A stretch of 64,000 bases of DNA from Flavobacteriales bacterium (GTDB lineage: Bacteria > Bacteroidota > Bacteroidia > Flavobacteriales > UBA7312), in NCBI GenBank assembly GCA_049890295.1, contig JBMHBP010000002.1, positions 148,561 to 212,560 on the forward strand, in the 5' to 3' direction. A program made the translations under genes and the position numbers. The notes below the pieces were generated by a model that saw only the letters and a list, made by a program, of their open reading frames with translations, did not search any database and was not told where the DNA came from. Shown in pieces: positions 57,301 to 64,000 of the stretch; the stretch's first letter is position 1, and every line of letters starts with the position of its first letter.

Positions 57301-57953
57301 ATCCCTGAACTTAAATTTTGGAAGGTAATTGTTTCACCTATACAAATGGAGTCTTTGTCAGCAGAAAGATTTGAAATAGGTGGTGGAATAATATTAATAC
57401 TCATATATGCTGTGTCTAAACCACAGAAACTGCTGTCTATCAACATTACCTCATACGTTCCAACTCCAGGGTAGTTAATTTCAATGGGTAAGCTAGGCGG
57501 CCATGCTTGCCATCCGATAATTGAGTCATAGCCTAATCCCCAATAATCCCCAAAATTCCAATATTCATAACGTTGAGAAATATTACCTTGTAAAATACAA
57601 TTTCTATGTGTACTGTTGGTGTAACTAACCATTGTTTCTGGATAACACAAGAAATTTTTTGAAGCTGAAATAGATGCGTCATCTATATCCCAAATTCTCA
57701 ATGGATTAAAAGTGGCTAAACTTGGTCCGCCCTGAATGGTATTACATTCATTCTCAGCAGTCAATGTGACTTGTGTAGCACAATTAATAGTGCCTTTTTC
57801 ATATAAGTGTGAAATAGTAAGTCCAGCATTTGTATAATCATAAGTTTCGTTAGTAGACCCATCAAAAAAACTCCATATAAATACGGTATTTTCAGAAACA
57901 TCAGTAGAAGAGTTTACAAATTCTAAAGAGCCTGGAGCACATGTATTTGTCAC
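54348..57953 (-). CDS. PKD-repeat surface protein, C-terminal 1201-codon fragment carrying a T9SS type B (gliding-motility-associated) C-terminal domain; no signal peptide of its own
   Basis: It carries about a dozen ~85-aa PKD-like modules (GC.P..V.F.N.S......W.FGDG..S....P.H.Y). The CTD reads IPNSFTPNKNN...MDIFKKWGERLF...GWDGRHNGK...VYLYSI. The ORF-track start is a GTG, and the frame stays open upstream to 57992. Confidence 0.85.
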   Translation of the reverse strand: MTNTCAPGSLEFVNSSTDVSENTVFIWSFFDGSTNETYDYTNAGLTISHLYEKGTINCATQVTLTAENECNTIQGGPSLATFNPLRIWDIDDASISASKNFLCYPETMVSYTNSTHRNCILQGNISQRYEYWNFGDYWGLGYDSIIGWQAWPPSLPIEINYPGVGTYEVMLIDSSFCGLDTAYMSINIIPPPISNLSADKDSICIGETITFQNLSSGIVNDYIWDMGNGNSWTQQWAGDISYTYNTAGTYEVLLIPQISGICRDTAKIEVYVSPIPSANFTIDNDSGCDSMSVNFTDNSSNDVIVWNWNFGNGNTSNLTIPETQDYSSIGTHWISLEVTNSSGCTNTFGDNIIIRESPKPSVTPTNVCVNELVNFEDLTQSIDNIVSWHWDLGNGTTSTLENPTHNFNSAGIFDIVLNVSTSYCNGTDTIEIQVDSMPSAHFITSEVEGCSPLEITFLNQSSSNAIYQTWKFSDTDISILENPTHTFVNNSINEIDYEVSLSVLTSAGCKDSSSLTVTVLPQPIASFYSNAIFDCAPLEVDFTNNSTNALNYEWDLGDNTNYTSTNVSHTFQNQSLLIETFQVSLIASNQSSCKDTSIQTIIAYPEPNFNFSTTPSSGCSPLEIHFPAVNGALIYEWDFGDGDSSSIQSPVHIYLNNSSNDLIYNVELIATSPFGCSDTTSHQINIFPSPTSNFTTSDSLGCSPLSVEVQNNSTESTNNVWNINSGTDTIINTNIFSVNLENNEGNIQTYELKLMTLNDYNCSDTSSKTINVFPSVTANFLADTAGCSPLDLQFYNFSQGINDLTWDFGDGTIINNGANYVNHIFTNNSPFDTTFNTSLIINSEYDCKDTTYKKIHIYPSPIAEFEVSPITQSLPNSTVIINNISNEGDWEYYWEFGDNSNSTVKQPNSHTYNSQGQYQIKLEINSQHNCNDSIYHWITILPNLPIANFLGSGEGCPPLTVQFENTSLHASNFIWDFGDNTYSGLEHPVKIYTNQGEYSVTLTVVNSDGNNSITKENIIKVYDSPTSLFAINKNNSTIETENLSELATDYFWDLGDSFTSNEFNLFHTYEFNGIYTINLIATNEFCSDTSYKTISISESSSGSVLIPNSFTPNKNNNTNNHTLDIGINDVLFPVILGAMDFKMDIFKKWGERLFSTSNQNIGWDGRHNGKLCQTDVYLYSIYVVFENNEERQIVGKITLVN

Positions 57954-57992
57954 TCCTCCAAAAGGAATTTGGATAGAAGCATTAGTAGGCTC

Positions 57993-58325
57993 TTATATAA
58001 TTAACAGGCCACTTACTACGCATCCCATATCTGGTATATTTATTGTAACTGTATAGTTTTGAACCGTAGATAAATATAAATGAGTTATTGGAGAATAAGC
58101 ATCCCAATTTGTTCCAGACTCTATTGGACTTCCATCACCCCAATCAATCGTATAATTTCCAATTATAGAATTAGTAAGTAGAAATAAAGTATAATCACTA
58201 CCACTGCAATTAACCCACTTAGGGTTAGGACTTAAATTACCATCTTGATCATAAAAATTTGGACATTGAGAATAACTAACGACGACACAGCTGTGTAGCA
58301 ATATAAAGAGTAGGGTAAGTTTCAT
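57993..58325 (-). CDS. N-terminal 110-codon fragment (signal peptide plus first PKD-like module) of the same surface-protein gene, ended by an in-frame TAA
   Basis: The signal peptide is MKLTLLFILLHSCVVVSYSQ, and a PKD-like block reads YTIDWGDGSP. It lies in the same reading frame as 54348..57953. Confidence 0.6.
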   Translation of the reverse strand: MKLTLLFILLHSCVVVSYSQCPNFYDQDGNLSPNPKWVNCSGSDYTLFLLTNSIIGNYTIDWGDGSPIESGTNWDAYSPITHLYLSTVQNYTVTINIPDMGCVVSGLLII

Positions 58326-58403
58326 CAGGCAAATATTGTATCAAAAAGATGATAAAAAAATGGCTCACTTAAAACTATTTTACCGATAATATCAGTAAAG
58401 TGT

Positions 58404-58411
58404 TACATTTG
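58404..58411 (+). promoter_or_regulatory. TAnnTTTG -7 motif (TACATTTG) for glmM
   Basis: Exact motif 18 nt upstream of the ATG at 58430. Confidence 0.45.
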
Positions 58412-58429
58412 TATTAAGAAAAATATCTT

Positions 58430-59824
58430 ATGTCATTAATTAAATCTATTTCAGGAATTAGAGGCACTATTGGAGGTAGTGTAGGAGAAGGTTTAACACC
58501 AATTGATACTGTACGATTTTCAGCTGCCTTTGGAACGTGGGTGAAAACTAATTCAAGTCAATCAAAAACTAAAATTGTAGTTGGTAGAGATGCTAGAATT
58601 TCAGGAGAAATGATTAGAGATTTAGTGGTCAGTACGCTGAGAGCATTGGGAATAGATGTTATAGATTTAGGTTTGTCTACAACACCAACTGTAGAGCTAG
58701 CTGTGCAGTTTGAAGGGGCAAGTGGTGGAATCATACTTACTGCAAGTCACAACCCCAAACAGTGGAATGCTCTAAAATTATTAAATCACAAAGGAGAATT
58801 TATAAATGCAAAGGATGGGGCTGAGGTACTTGATATTGCTGAATCTGATAATTATATTTTTTCTGATATAGATAATTTAGGCAATTATTTCTGTGATGAA
58901 AGCTACATTACTAAACATATAGATAGTATTCTAAATTTAAGTTACGTTAATGTAAAAGCGATTAAGCAAGCTAAATTTAAAGTTGTGATTGATGCTGTAA
59001 ATTCTACTGGAGGAATTGCTATTCCCCAGCTTCTAGATGCACTGGGTGTCAAATATATCCCGCTATATTGTGAGCCTACTGGGCATTTCCCCCACAACCC
59101 TGAGCCTCTGGCAGAGCATTTGACAGAAATTTCTAAAGTAGTAAGTGAACAATCGGCTGACTTAGGGATTGTTGTTGATCCCGATGTTGATCGTTTAGCA
59201 TTAGTAAATGAAGATGGTAGCATGTTTGGTGAAGAATATACATTAGTGGCTGTAGCAGATTATATCTTGTCAAAAGAAAAAGGTAATACGGTATCAAATC
59301 TATCGTCTTCTAGAGCTTTGAAAGATATTACTGAATTTCATGGTGGAAGTTATTTTTCTTCGGCAGTGGGCGAGGTTAATGTCGTAGATAAAATGAAATC
59401 TTCTAATGCCGTTATAGGTGGAGAAGGTAATGGGGGGATAATCTATCCGAAGTCTCATTATGGTAGAGATTCCTTAGTTGGTATAGCGTTATTCTTATCG
59501 CATTTAGCAGAAAAGAATATGAAATGTTCCCAGCTTCGAGCCACTTACCCTAATTATTTTATGTCCAAAAATAAAATTGAATTAACCCCGTCTATTGACG
59601 TAGATGAAATACTCCATAAGATCAAAGAAAATTACCAAAACGAAAAAGTTTCAACCATTGATGGAGTCAAAATAGATTTTGCTGATGAGTGGGTGCACTT
59701 AAGAAAATCAAATACAGAGCCAATAATCAGAATTTATACCGAAAGTAAAAATAAAGATTCTGCACAACGTTTAGCCAATCGTTTTGTTAATGAAATATAT
59801 GAACTAACCTCCCTTAAATCATGA
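58430..59824 (+). CDS. glmM: phosphoglucosamine mutase (Bacteroidota type alpha-D-phosphohexomutase)
   Basis: 464 aa. Motifs are SISGIRG, the phosphoserine loop TASHNPKQWNA, the metal loop DPDVDR and GGEGNGG. Confidence 0.9.
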   Translation: MSLIKSISGIRGTIGGSVGEGLTPIDTVRFSAAFGTWVKTNSSQSKTKIVVGRDARISGEMIRDLVVSTLRALGIDVIDLGLSTTPTVELAVQFEGASGGIILTASHNPKQWNALKLLNHKGEFINAKDGAEVLDIAESDNYIFSDIDNLGNYFCDESYITKHIDSILNLSYVNVKAIKQAKFKVVIDAVNSTGGIAIPQLLDALGVKYIPLYCEPTGHFPHNPEPLAEHLTEISKVVSEQSADLGIVVDPDVDRLALVNEDGSMFGEEYTLVAVADYILSKEKGNTVSNLSSSRALKDITEFHGGSYFSSAVGEVNVVDKMKSSNAVIGGEGNGGIIYPKSHYGRDSLVGIALFLSHLAEKNMKCSQLRATYPNYFMSKNKIELTPSIDVDEILHKIKENYQNEKVSTIDGVKIDFADEWVHLRKSNTEPIIRIYTESKNKDSAQRLANRFVNEIYELTSLKS

Positions 59825-60951
59825 AAGTTTACCTTGATAATGCAGCCACAACGCCTATTGACCCAGAAGTATTAGATGAAATGCTACCCTTATTAGAATT
59901 CGGATTTGGAAACCCTTCTTCCATTCATTCTTTTGGTAGGGAATCACGTTCAGTAATTGAAAAATCAAGAAAAAATGTTGCCAAACATCTGAACTGCACT
60001 CCTGGAGAAATATTTTTTACTTCAGGTGGTACTGAAGCTGATAATATGGCTATACATTGTGGGATGTTAGATTTAGGCATAAATCACGCTATAACTTCTA
60101 AAGTAGAACACCATGCTGTTGGTCATACACTAGAAAATTTAGCTCAAAAAGGTTTAATCAAATTATCATACGTTGAATTAGATGAAAAGGGAAACGTTGA
60201 TTTAAAACATTTGGAACAATTACTTAGCGATAATCAGCGATCATTTGTTTCTTTAATGCACGGAAATAATGAAATTGGCAATCTTCTGCCAATAGAAACC
60301 GTTGGAGATATTTGTAAACGACATAAGGCTATTTTCCACTCAGATACTGTACAGACAATGGCTCATTATACTTTTGACCTTGAATTACTTCATGTACATT
60401 TTATTACTGGAGCAGCTCACAAATTTCATGGTCCAAAGGGAAATGGCTTTTTATATGTAAACAAAGATATTTCAATAAAACCTCTGATACATGGAGGCTC
60501 ACAAGAAAGAAATATGCGAGCTGGAACTGAAAATGTCTATGGTATTGCAGCTCTGTCAAAAGCTATGGATATATCTTACAAAGATTTAGCTGATCATAAA
60601 CTTCATATAGAGTCTTTAAAAACACGATTCATAGAGGGCTTAAAGTCAAATATTCCTGGTGTAGAATTTAATGGTGAAAGTGCCAATTTAGATAACTCTT
60701 TATACACTGTGCTAAATGTGCTATTTCCACCGACAGAAATGGCCGAGATGCTGTTTTACAATTTAGACATTCTAGGTATTGCTACCTCAGGAGGTAGTGC
60801 CTGTTCATCAGGTAGTAATGTTGGTTCACATGTTCTCAGGAATATTGGTGTAGACATGACTAGACCATCCTTAAGATTTTCATTTAGTAAATTCAATACT
60901 GAAGAAGAAATTGACTATACGATAAATCAATTATACTCTTTGTTTAATTGA
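59821..60951 (+). CDS. cysteine desulfurase family protein (NifS/IscS-like, class V aminotransferase)
   Basis: 376 aa. Motifs are FTSGGTEADN, the PLP-lysine block AHKFHGPKG and the catalytic Cys loop SGGSACSSG. The ATG overlaps the glmM stop. Confidence 0.9.
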   Translation: MKVYLDNAATTPIDPEVLDEMLPLLEFGFGNPSSIHSFGRESRSVIEKSRKNVAKHLNCTPGEIFFTSGGTEADNMAIHCGMLDLGINHAITSKVEHHAVGHTLENLAQKGLIKLSYVELDEKGNVDLKHLEQLLSDNQRSFVSLMHGNNEIGNLLPIETVGDICKRHKAIFHSDTVQTMAHYTFDLELLHVHFITGAAHKFHGPKGNGFLYVNKDISIKPLIHGGSQERNMRAGTENVYGIAALSKAMDISYKDLADHKLHIESLKTRFIEGLKSNIPGVEFNGESANLDNSLYTVLNVLFPPTEMAEMLFYNLDILGIATSGGSACSSGSNVGSHVLRNIGVDMTRPSLRFSFSKFNTEEEIDYTINQLYSLFN

Positions 60952-61937
60952 TCAAATGCTTTGTTCTTTTTTATAAAATAAGAATATACGATACTAAAGG
61001 AAGGTAATTCAACCTTGTAGTTTTTAGGTCTTTTTTTCTTAAAATTTACAAGCATCAAGTAGTAGTCAAAGTGTGCCTTTCCTATTGCTAAAATATGTTG
61101 TGGTTTCCCATTTAATATGTGCTTGATAGAAGATATACCATCTAGCAACATTCTGGTAAATATAATTCTAAATCTATTTTTGGGTTTTAGATTTTTATAA
61201 AGCATTAAAATATTGTTTCGATAATTAAGGTAGGTTTTAAAAAAACTACCATTTTCAAGTGTGCCACCACCAACATGATAAACGGTAGATTGTGGAATAC
61301 ACATAATTTTATAGCCTTTATTTTTCATTTTCCAACATAAATCAATTTCTTCCATGTGTGCAAAAAAGTCCCAATCAAATCCGCCTACCTCATAAAATGA
61401 GGATGCACGCAAAAACAAACATGCTCCACTTGCCCAAAATATTTCTTGTGGTTTATCATACTGCCCATTATCCTTTTCAACAGTATCAAATATTCGTCCT
61501 CTACAATAAGGGTAACCATATTTATCCAGGTATCCTCCACAAGCTCCAGCGTATTCAAAAAAGTCTTTATTATCGTATTGTTTGATTTTAGGTTGACATG
61601 CTGCTATGGATTTATCGTTCTCCATGCTATCAATAATAGGTGTAATCCAATTTTCACTCACCTCAACATCTGAGTTTAAAAGTATATAATAGTCGGCAGA
61701 AATCTGTTGAAGAGCATAATTGTATCCTGATGCATAACCTTCATTTTTTTTGTTTTTTACAATTGAGACAGAGGGGAAGTGATCTTCAATGTATTGAATT
61801 GAATCATCATTTGAAGCATTATCAGCAACATATATTTCTGCTGATGGGCTATTTATGACTACATTATTTAAAAACTTTTTTAACCAATGAATGCCATTAT
61901 AGTTAAGTATAACAACTGCTACTTTTGGTGTTTCCAT
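60927..61937 (-). CDS. family 2 glycosyltransferase (rhamnosyltransferase-like)
   Basis: 336 aa. Motifs are VVILNYNG, VADNASND and LLNSDVEV. It converges on the desulfurase gene with a 25-nt overlap. Confidence 0.85.
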   Translation of the reverse strand: METPKVAVVILNYNGIHWLKKFLNNVVINSPSAEIYVADNASNDDSIQYIEDHFPSVSIVKNKKNEGYASGYNYALQQISADYYILLNSDVEVSENWITPIIDSMENDKSIAACQPKIKQYDNKDFFEYAGACGGYLDKYGYPYCRGRIFDTVEKDNGQYDKPQEIFWASGACLFLRASSFYEVGGFDWDFFAHMEEIDLCWKMKNKGYKIMCIPQSTVYHVGGGTLENGSFFKTYLNYRNNILMLYKNLKPKNRFRIIFTRMLLDGISSIKHILNGKPQHILAIGKAHFDYYLMLVNFKKKRPKNYKVELPSFSIVYSYFIKKNKAFDQLNKEYN

Positions 61938-62830
61938 CTTCTATGTGACCACAACCAATAGGCTGGGTGTTTTTTTATATTATTTTCTAGCTGTTGGGAA
62001 TATAAGTTTGTGATTTCCTTTTGAGAATATTGATTCGGTGTATCAGTTATGAGCTCAAAACGAATTTCATAATTTGAATGACTTTTTGGGATTATATTAG
62101 CATAAAAAACCGGACAATTTAGCTTTTTCGCTAAGCGTTCAGCCCCTAAAAATACGGGAGTTTTTTGATTTAGAAAATTAATCCAATAGTTAAGTTCATC
62201 AGCCGATGGCGTTTGATCTCCTACTATACCTATTAATCGTGGTCTGTTACCCTTTTTAAGAAGATAGCGTAGGCTTTCCTTCATACTTAAAAGTGTGGCA
62301 CCAAACTGTGATCTAACCATTTTAATTTTATTATTCCAAAAGGGTGAAGAAAGCGGTTTATAAATACCTACCATTTCAGCCTTAAAATGTAACGAAGCAG
62401 CTAAAAAAGCCCATTCCCAATTACCATAATGTCCAAGTACAACAATAATATCTTTTTGTTGTTTTAAATAGTCAATTACAGTGTCATCGTTTTTGAAGGT
62501 TATTCGTTTTTTAATAAGATTTTCACTTAGCCCAAATAATTTTATGCATTCCGCAAGTAAATGCCCAAAATAATTGTAGAATCTAGTTTTAATGATAGTT
62601 CTTTCCTGTTGGGATTTATTTGGAAATACCATCTTTAAATTGTTTTCAATTGTATGTTTTCTATAGGAAAATAGTTTGAGTAGAAAGGCTAACTTTTTCC
62701 CAATACTATTTATAGCAAACATTGGTAATAAAGCATACGCTTTCAATATATAATAAAGGATATAGTTCAATTTAATTTGGTGTTTGGAAATAGTCAAACG
62801 GTGATTGTTTTCCAATTTCTCCAGAATCAT
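61919..62830 (-). CDS. lysophospholipid/lipid A biosynthesis (LpxL/HtrB-type) acyltransferase family protein
   Basis: The HX4(D/E)-type block is GHYGNWEW, and the C-terminus is PAYWLWSHRRWK. The start is uncertain. The ORF track uses TTG 62845 and the first ATG is at 62830. A TTG at 62770 would remove the overlap with the upstream gene. Confidence 0.8.
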   Translation of the reverse strand: MILEKLENNHRLTISKHQIKLNYILYYILKAYALLPMFAINSIGKKLAFLLKLFSYRKHTIENNLKMVFPNKSQQERTIIKTRFYNYFGHLLAECIKLFGLSENLIKKRITFKNDDTVIDYLKQQKDIIVVLGHYGNWEWAFLAASLHFKAEMVGIYKPLSSPFWNNKIKMVRSQFGATLLSMKESLRYLLKKGNRPRLIGIVGDQTPSADELNYWINFLNQKTPVFLGAERLAKKLNCPVFYANIIPKSHSNYEIRFELITDTPNQYSQKEITNLYSQQLENNIKKHPAYWLWSHRRWKHQK

Positions 62831-64000
62831 AATAATTACCCTCAAATCTATTTAACCAATCTAGATCAGTTATTTCACCTTGTTTGTTAGAGTAAACTAA
62901 TCGGTATTCATTAGGCATATTTTTATTACTGAAAACAAATTTTATATTCCGTTCAGATTCTATTTCGTAGTAATGCCATACTTCAAAAGGTTCAAATTGA
63001 TTTGGAAAAACTTCTTGAGTCATTGAGTTTGGACTACCATAGGCTAAGTATATTCTACCTCTATCGGTCATAAACCCTTTAAATAATCCATTACTAAAAG
63101 ATTTGTTTACGGTTTTTATCTGTTTCAGGTAATTTTTCCATTCATTTTCTGTATCAAACGGATTTCTTTTTTTCCAAAACGCATAGAAATAGTTTTGCAT
63201 CATTTCTAAATCGTCATAATCTAATTGATAAGTAGTGAAATTGTCTTCAGAGGTTGATTGGATTGGGTATAAATACTGAATAAAAGTTTTTAAACTATCT
63301 TTATTTTTGATATTTGACACGAAGGTATTGTCGAACTGATTGTCATCTTCCATTACTTTGTTATTCAAATTGAAGAATACTTTTTTCTTGGAGCTAATAA
63401 TTTCGTTGATAGAATTGATTGCAACTGCTTCTAAATAATATGTACCACTACTCACATCTGATAAAGAGAAACTCCCCAATAAGGGTGAATTGTTTCCTTC
63501 TGACTTTTTTGAAATAGCAAAGTTTTTGACGACCTCATTTGTAGCTTGAGACATTAGTTTTACTTGCAATAAAACTTGTTCTGAAAAGTCTGAGTAATAT
63601 TCAATATAGAATATGATTTTATCGTTTTCTTGATTGTAAAAATTTGAAATAAAAGGGACCAGGTCGTAACCTGATTTTGAAATTATAGTTTTATTAGAAC
63701 TTTCAGTATAACTTTCAACCAATTGAATATCGGAAAATCCAATGTCGGTTGATACTATAAAATCTTCTTCATAGCTTAAATTTTTAGAACTGTCATTAGG
63801 GCTTTCAATAGTTAGCTTTAGTGTATATGTGCCATCATCTAGAACGTATCGTTGTTGATCAACAAAAACAAAGGAAATTTCGGAAGTGTCATTCACTTCA
63901 GGGCTATTTAAATTGTACTTGTCGGCTTTATAAATAGCATTATCAGAAATAAATTGAATACTAATTGTCGCTGAACTCTGATAGTTACCATTATTATTCA
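62772..64000 (-). CDS. GWxTD domain-containing protein, C-terminal ~409 codons; gene continues past the window end
   Basis: It has a GWxTD-like block (KGFMTDRGRIYLAYGSPN) and the downstream FEVWHY motif. I read the frame upstream of the ORF-track GTG (63896) and it stays open to position 64000, so the true N-terminus is outside the window. Confidence 0.75.
   Translation of the reverse strand, partial: NNNGNYQSSATISIQFISDNAIYKADKYNLNSPEVNDTSEISFVFVDQQRYVLDDGTYTLKLTIESPNDSSKNLSYEEDFIVSTDIGFSDIQLVESYTESSNKTIISKSGYDLVPFISNFYNQENDKIIFYIEYYSDFSEQVLLQVKLMSQATNEVVKNFAISKKSEGNNSPLLGSFSLSDVSSGTYYLEAVAINSINEIISSKKKVFFNLNNKVMEDDNQFDNTFVSNIKNKDSLKTFIQYLYPIQSTSEDNFTTYQLDYDDLEMMQNYFYAFWKKRNPFDTENEWKNYLKQIKTVNKSFSNGLFKGFMTDRGRIYLAYGSPNSMTQEVFPNQFEPFEVWHYYEIESERNIKFVFSNKNMPNEYRLVYSNKQGEITDLDWLNRFEGNYYDSGEIGKQSPFDYFQTPN

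Larger units (their letters stand above)
54348..58325 (-). pseudogene. single ~1,325-codon PKD/T9SS type-B cargo gene interrupted by one in-frame stop (TAA at 57995..57993)
   Basis: Both ORFs share one frame. The 13 codons between them (EPTNASIQIPFGG) contain no stop and read like a PKD inter-module linker. The signal peptide is only on the upstream piece and the CTD only on the downstream piece. Confidence 0.5.

Noticed and set aside
54348-57953. Periodic sequence in the large minus-strand gene, considered as a possible CRISPR array or nucleotide tandem repeat.
   Set aside because: The periodicity is about 255 nt and degenerate at the DNA level. It corresponds to protein-level PKD modules in one continuous reading frame. 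There are no short identical direct repeats separated by unique spacers and no cas genes.
62772-62845. A 59-74-nt overlap between the GWxTD gene 3' end and the acyltransferase 5' end, considered as a genuine overlapping-gene arrangement.
   Set aside because: An in-frame TTG at 62770 precedes the conserved LNYILYYILKAYALLP N-terminal region and would eliminate the overlap. This is most likely a start-codon assignment issue.
1-64000. A search for tRNA, rRNA, riboswitch-sized leaders, integrases or transposases and inverted-repeat-bounded insertions.
   Set aside because: Every gap between supported genes is under ~140 nt and is AT-rich with promoter motifs or simple terminator hairpins. I found no GC-rich structured segment and no recombinase-like ORF, and I saw no abrupt change in base composition by eye. 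I cannot run tRNAscan or Infernal, so small ncRNAs overlapping coding sequence cannot be excluded.

Overview
This is a gene-dense, visibly AT-rich chromosomal segment. I can support about 56 protein-coding genes on both strands, and almost all are recognisable housekeeping functions. They include tgt, rsmG, ychF, lon, cmk, ispH, pdxH, fmt, recQ, uvrA, uvrB, lpd, mnmE, sucD, fabG, aroE, glmM and a split transketolase.

The lineage is clearly Bacteroidota, probably Flavobacteriia-like. The evidence is T9SS type A and type B C-terminal sorting domains, PorQ, a GWxTD protein, DUF349/DUF368 synteny, and repeated TAnnTTTG (-7) promoter motifs just upstream of start codons with no Shine-Dalgarno sequences.

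I see no rRNA, tRNA, CRISPR array, transposase, integrase, phage gene or recognisable defence gene. The largest non-coding gaps are about 100-140 nt and read as promoter or terminator sequence. Many ORF-track starts are non-ATG N-terminal extensions, and I trimmed them where a conserved N-terminus, a signal peptide or a neighbouring gene made the real start clear.

I could not identify a discrete, obviously novel multi-gene system; this reads as core genome with a few accessory surface proteins. The observations most worth a second look are:
- a roughly 1,320-codon PKD-repeat T9SS type-B surface protein gene broken by one in-frame TAA;
- an OmpA-architecture outer-membrane protein whose peptidoglycan-binding domain seems to be replaced by three SPOR-like repeats;
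- a secreted VWA protein translationally coupled between the two halves of the split transketolase;
- a recurring TAnnTTTG-N4-ATG arrangement that suggests leaderless mRNAs;
- a Tgt that lacks the CxCxxC zinc-site cysteines;
- a sulfotransferase with no possible ATG start that overlaps the mnmE stop;
- a small protein built of four WLxKN repeats.
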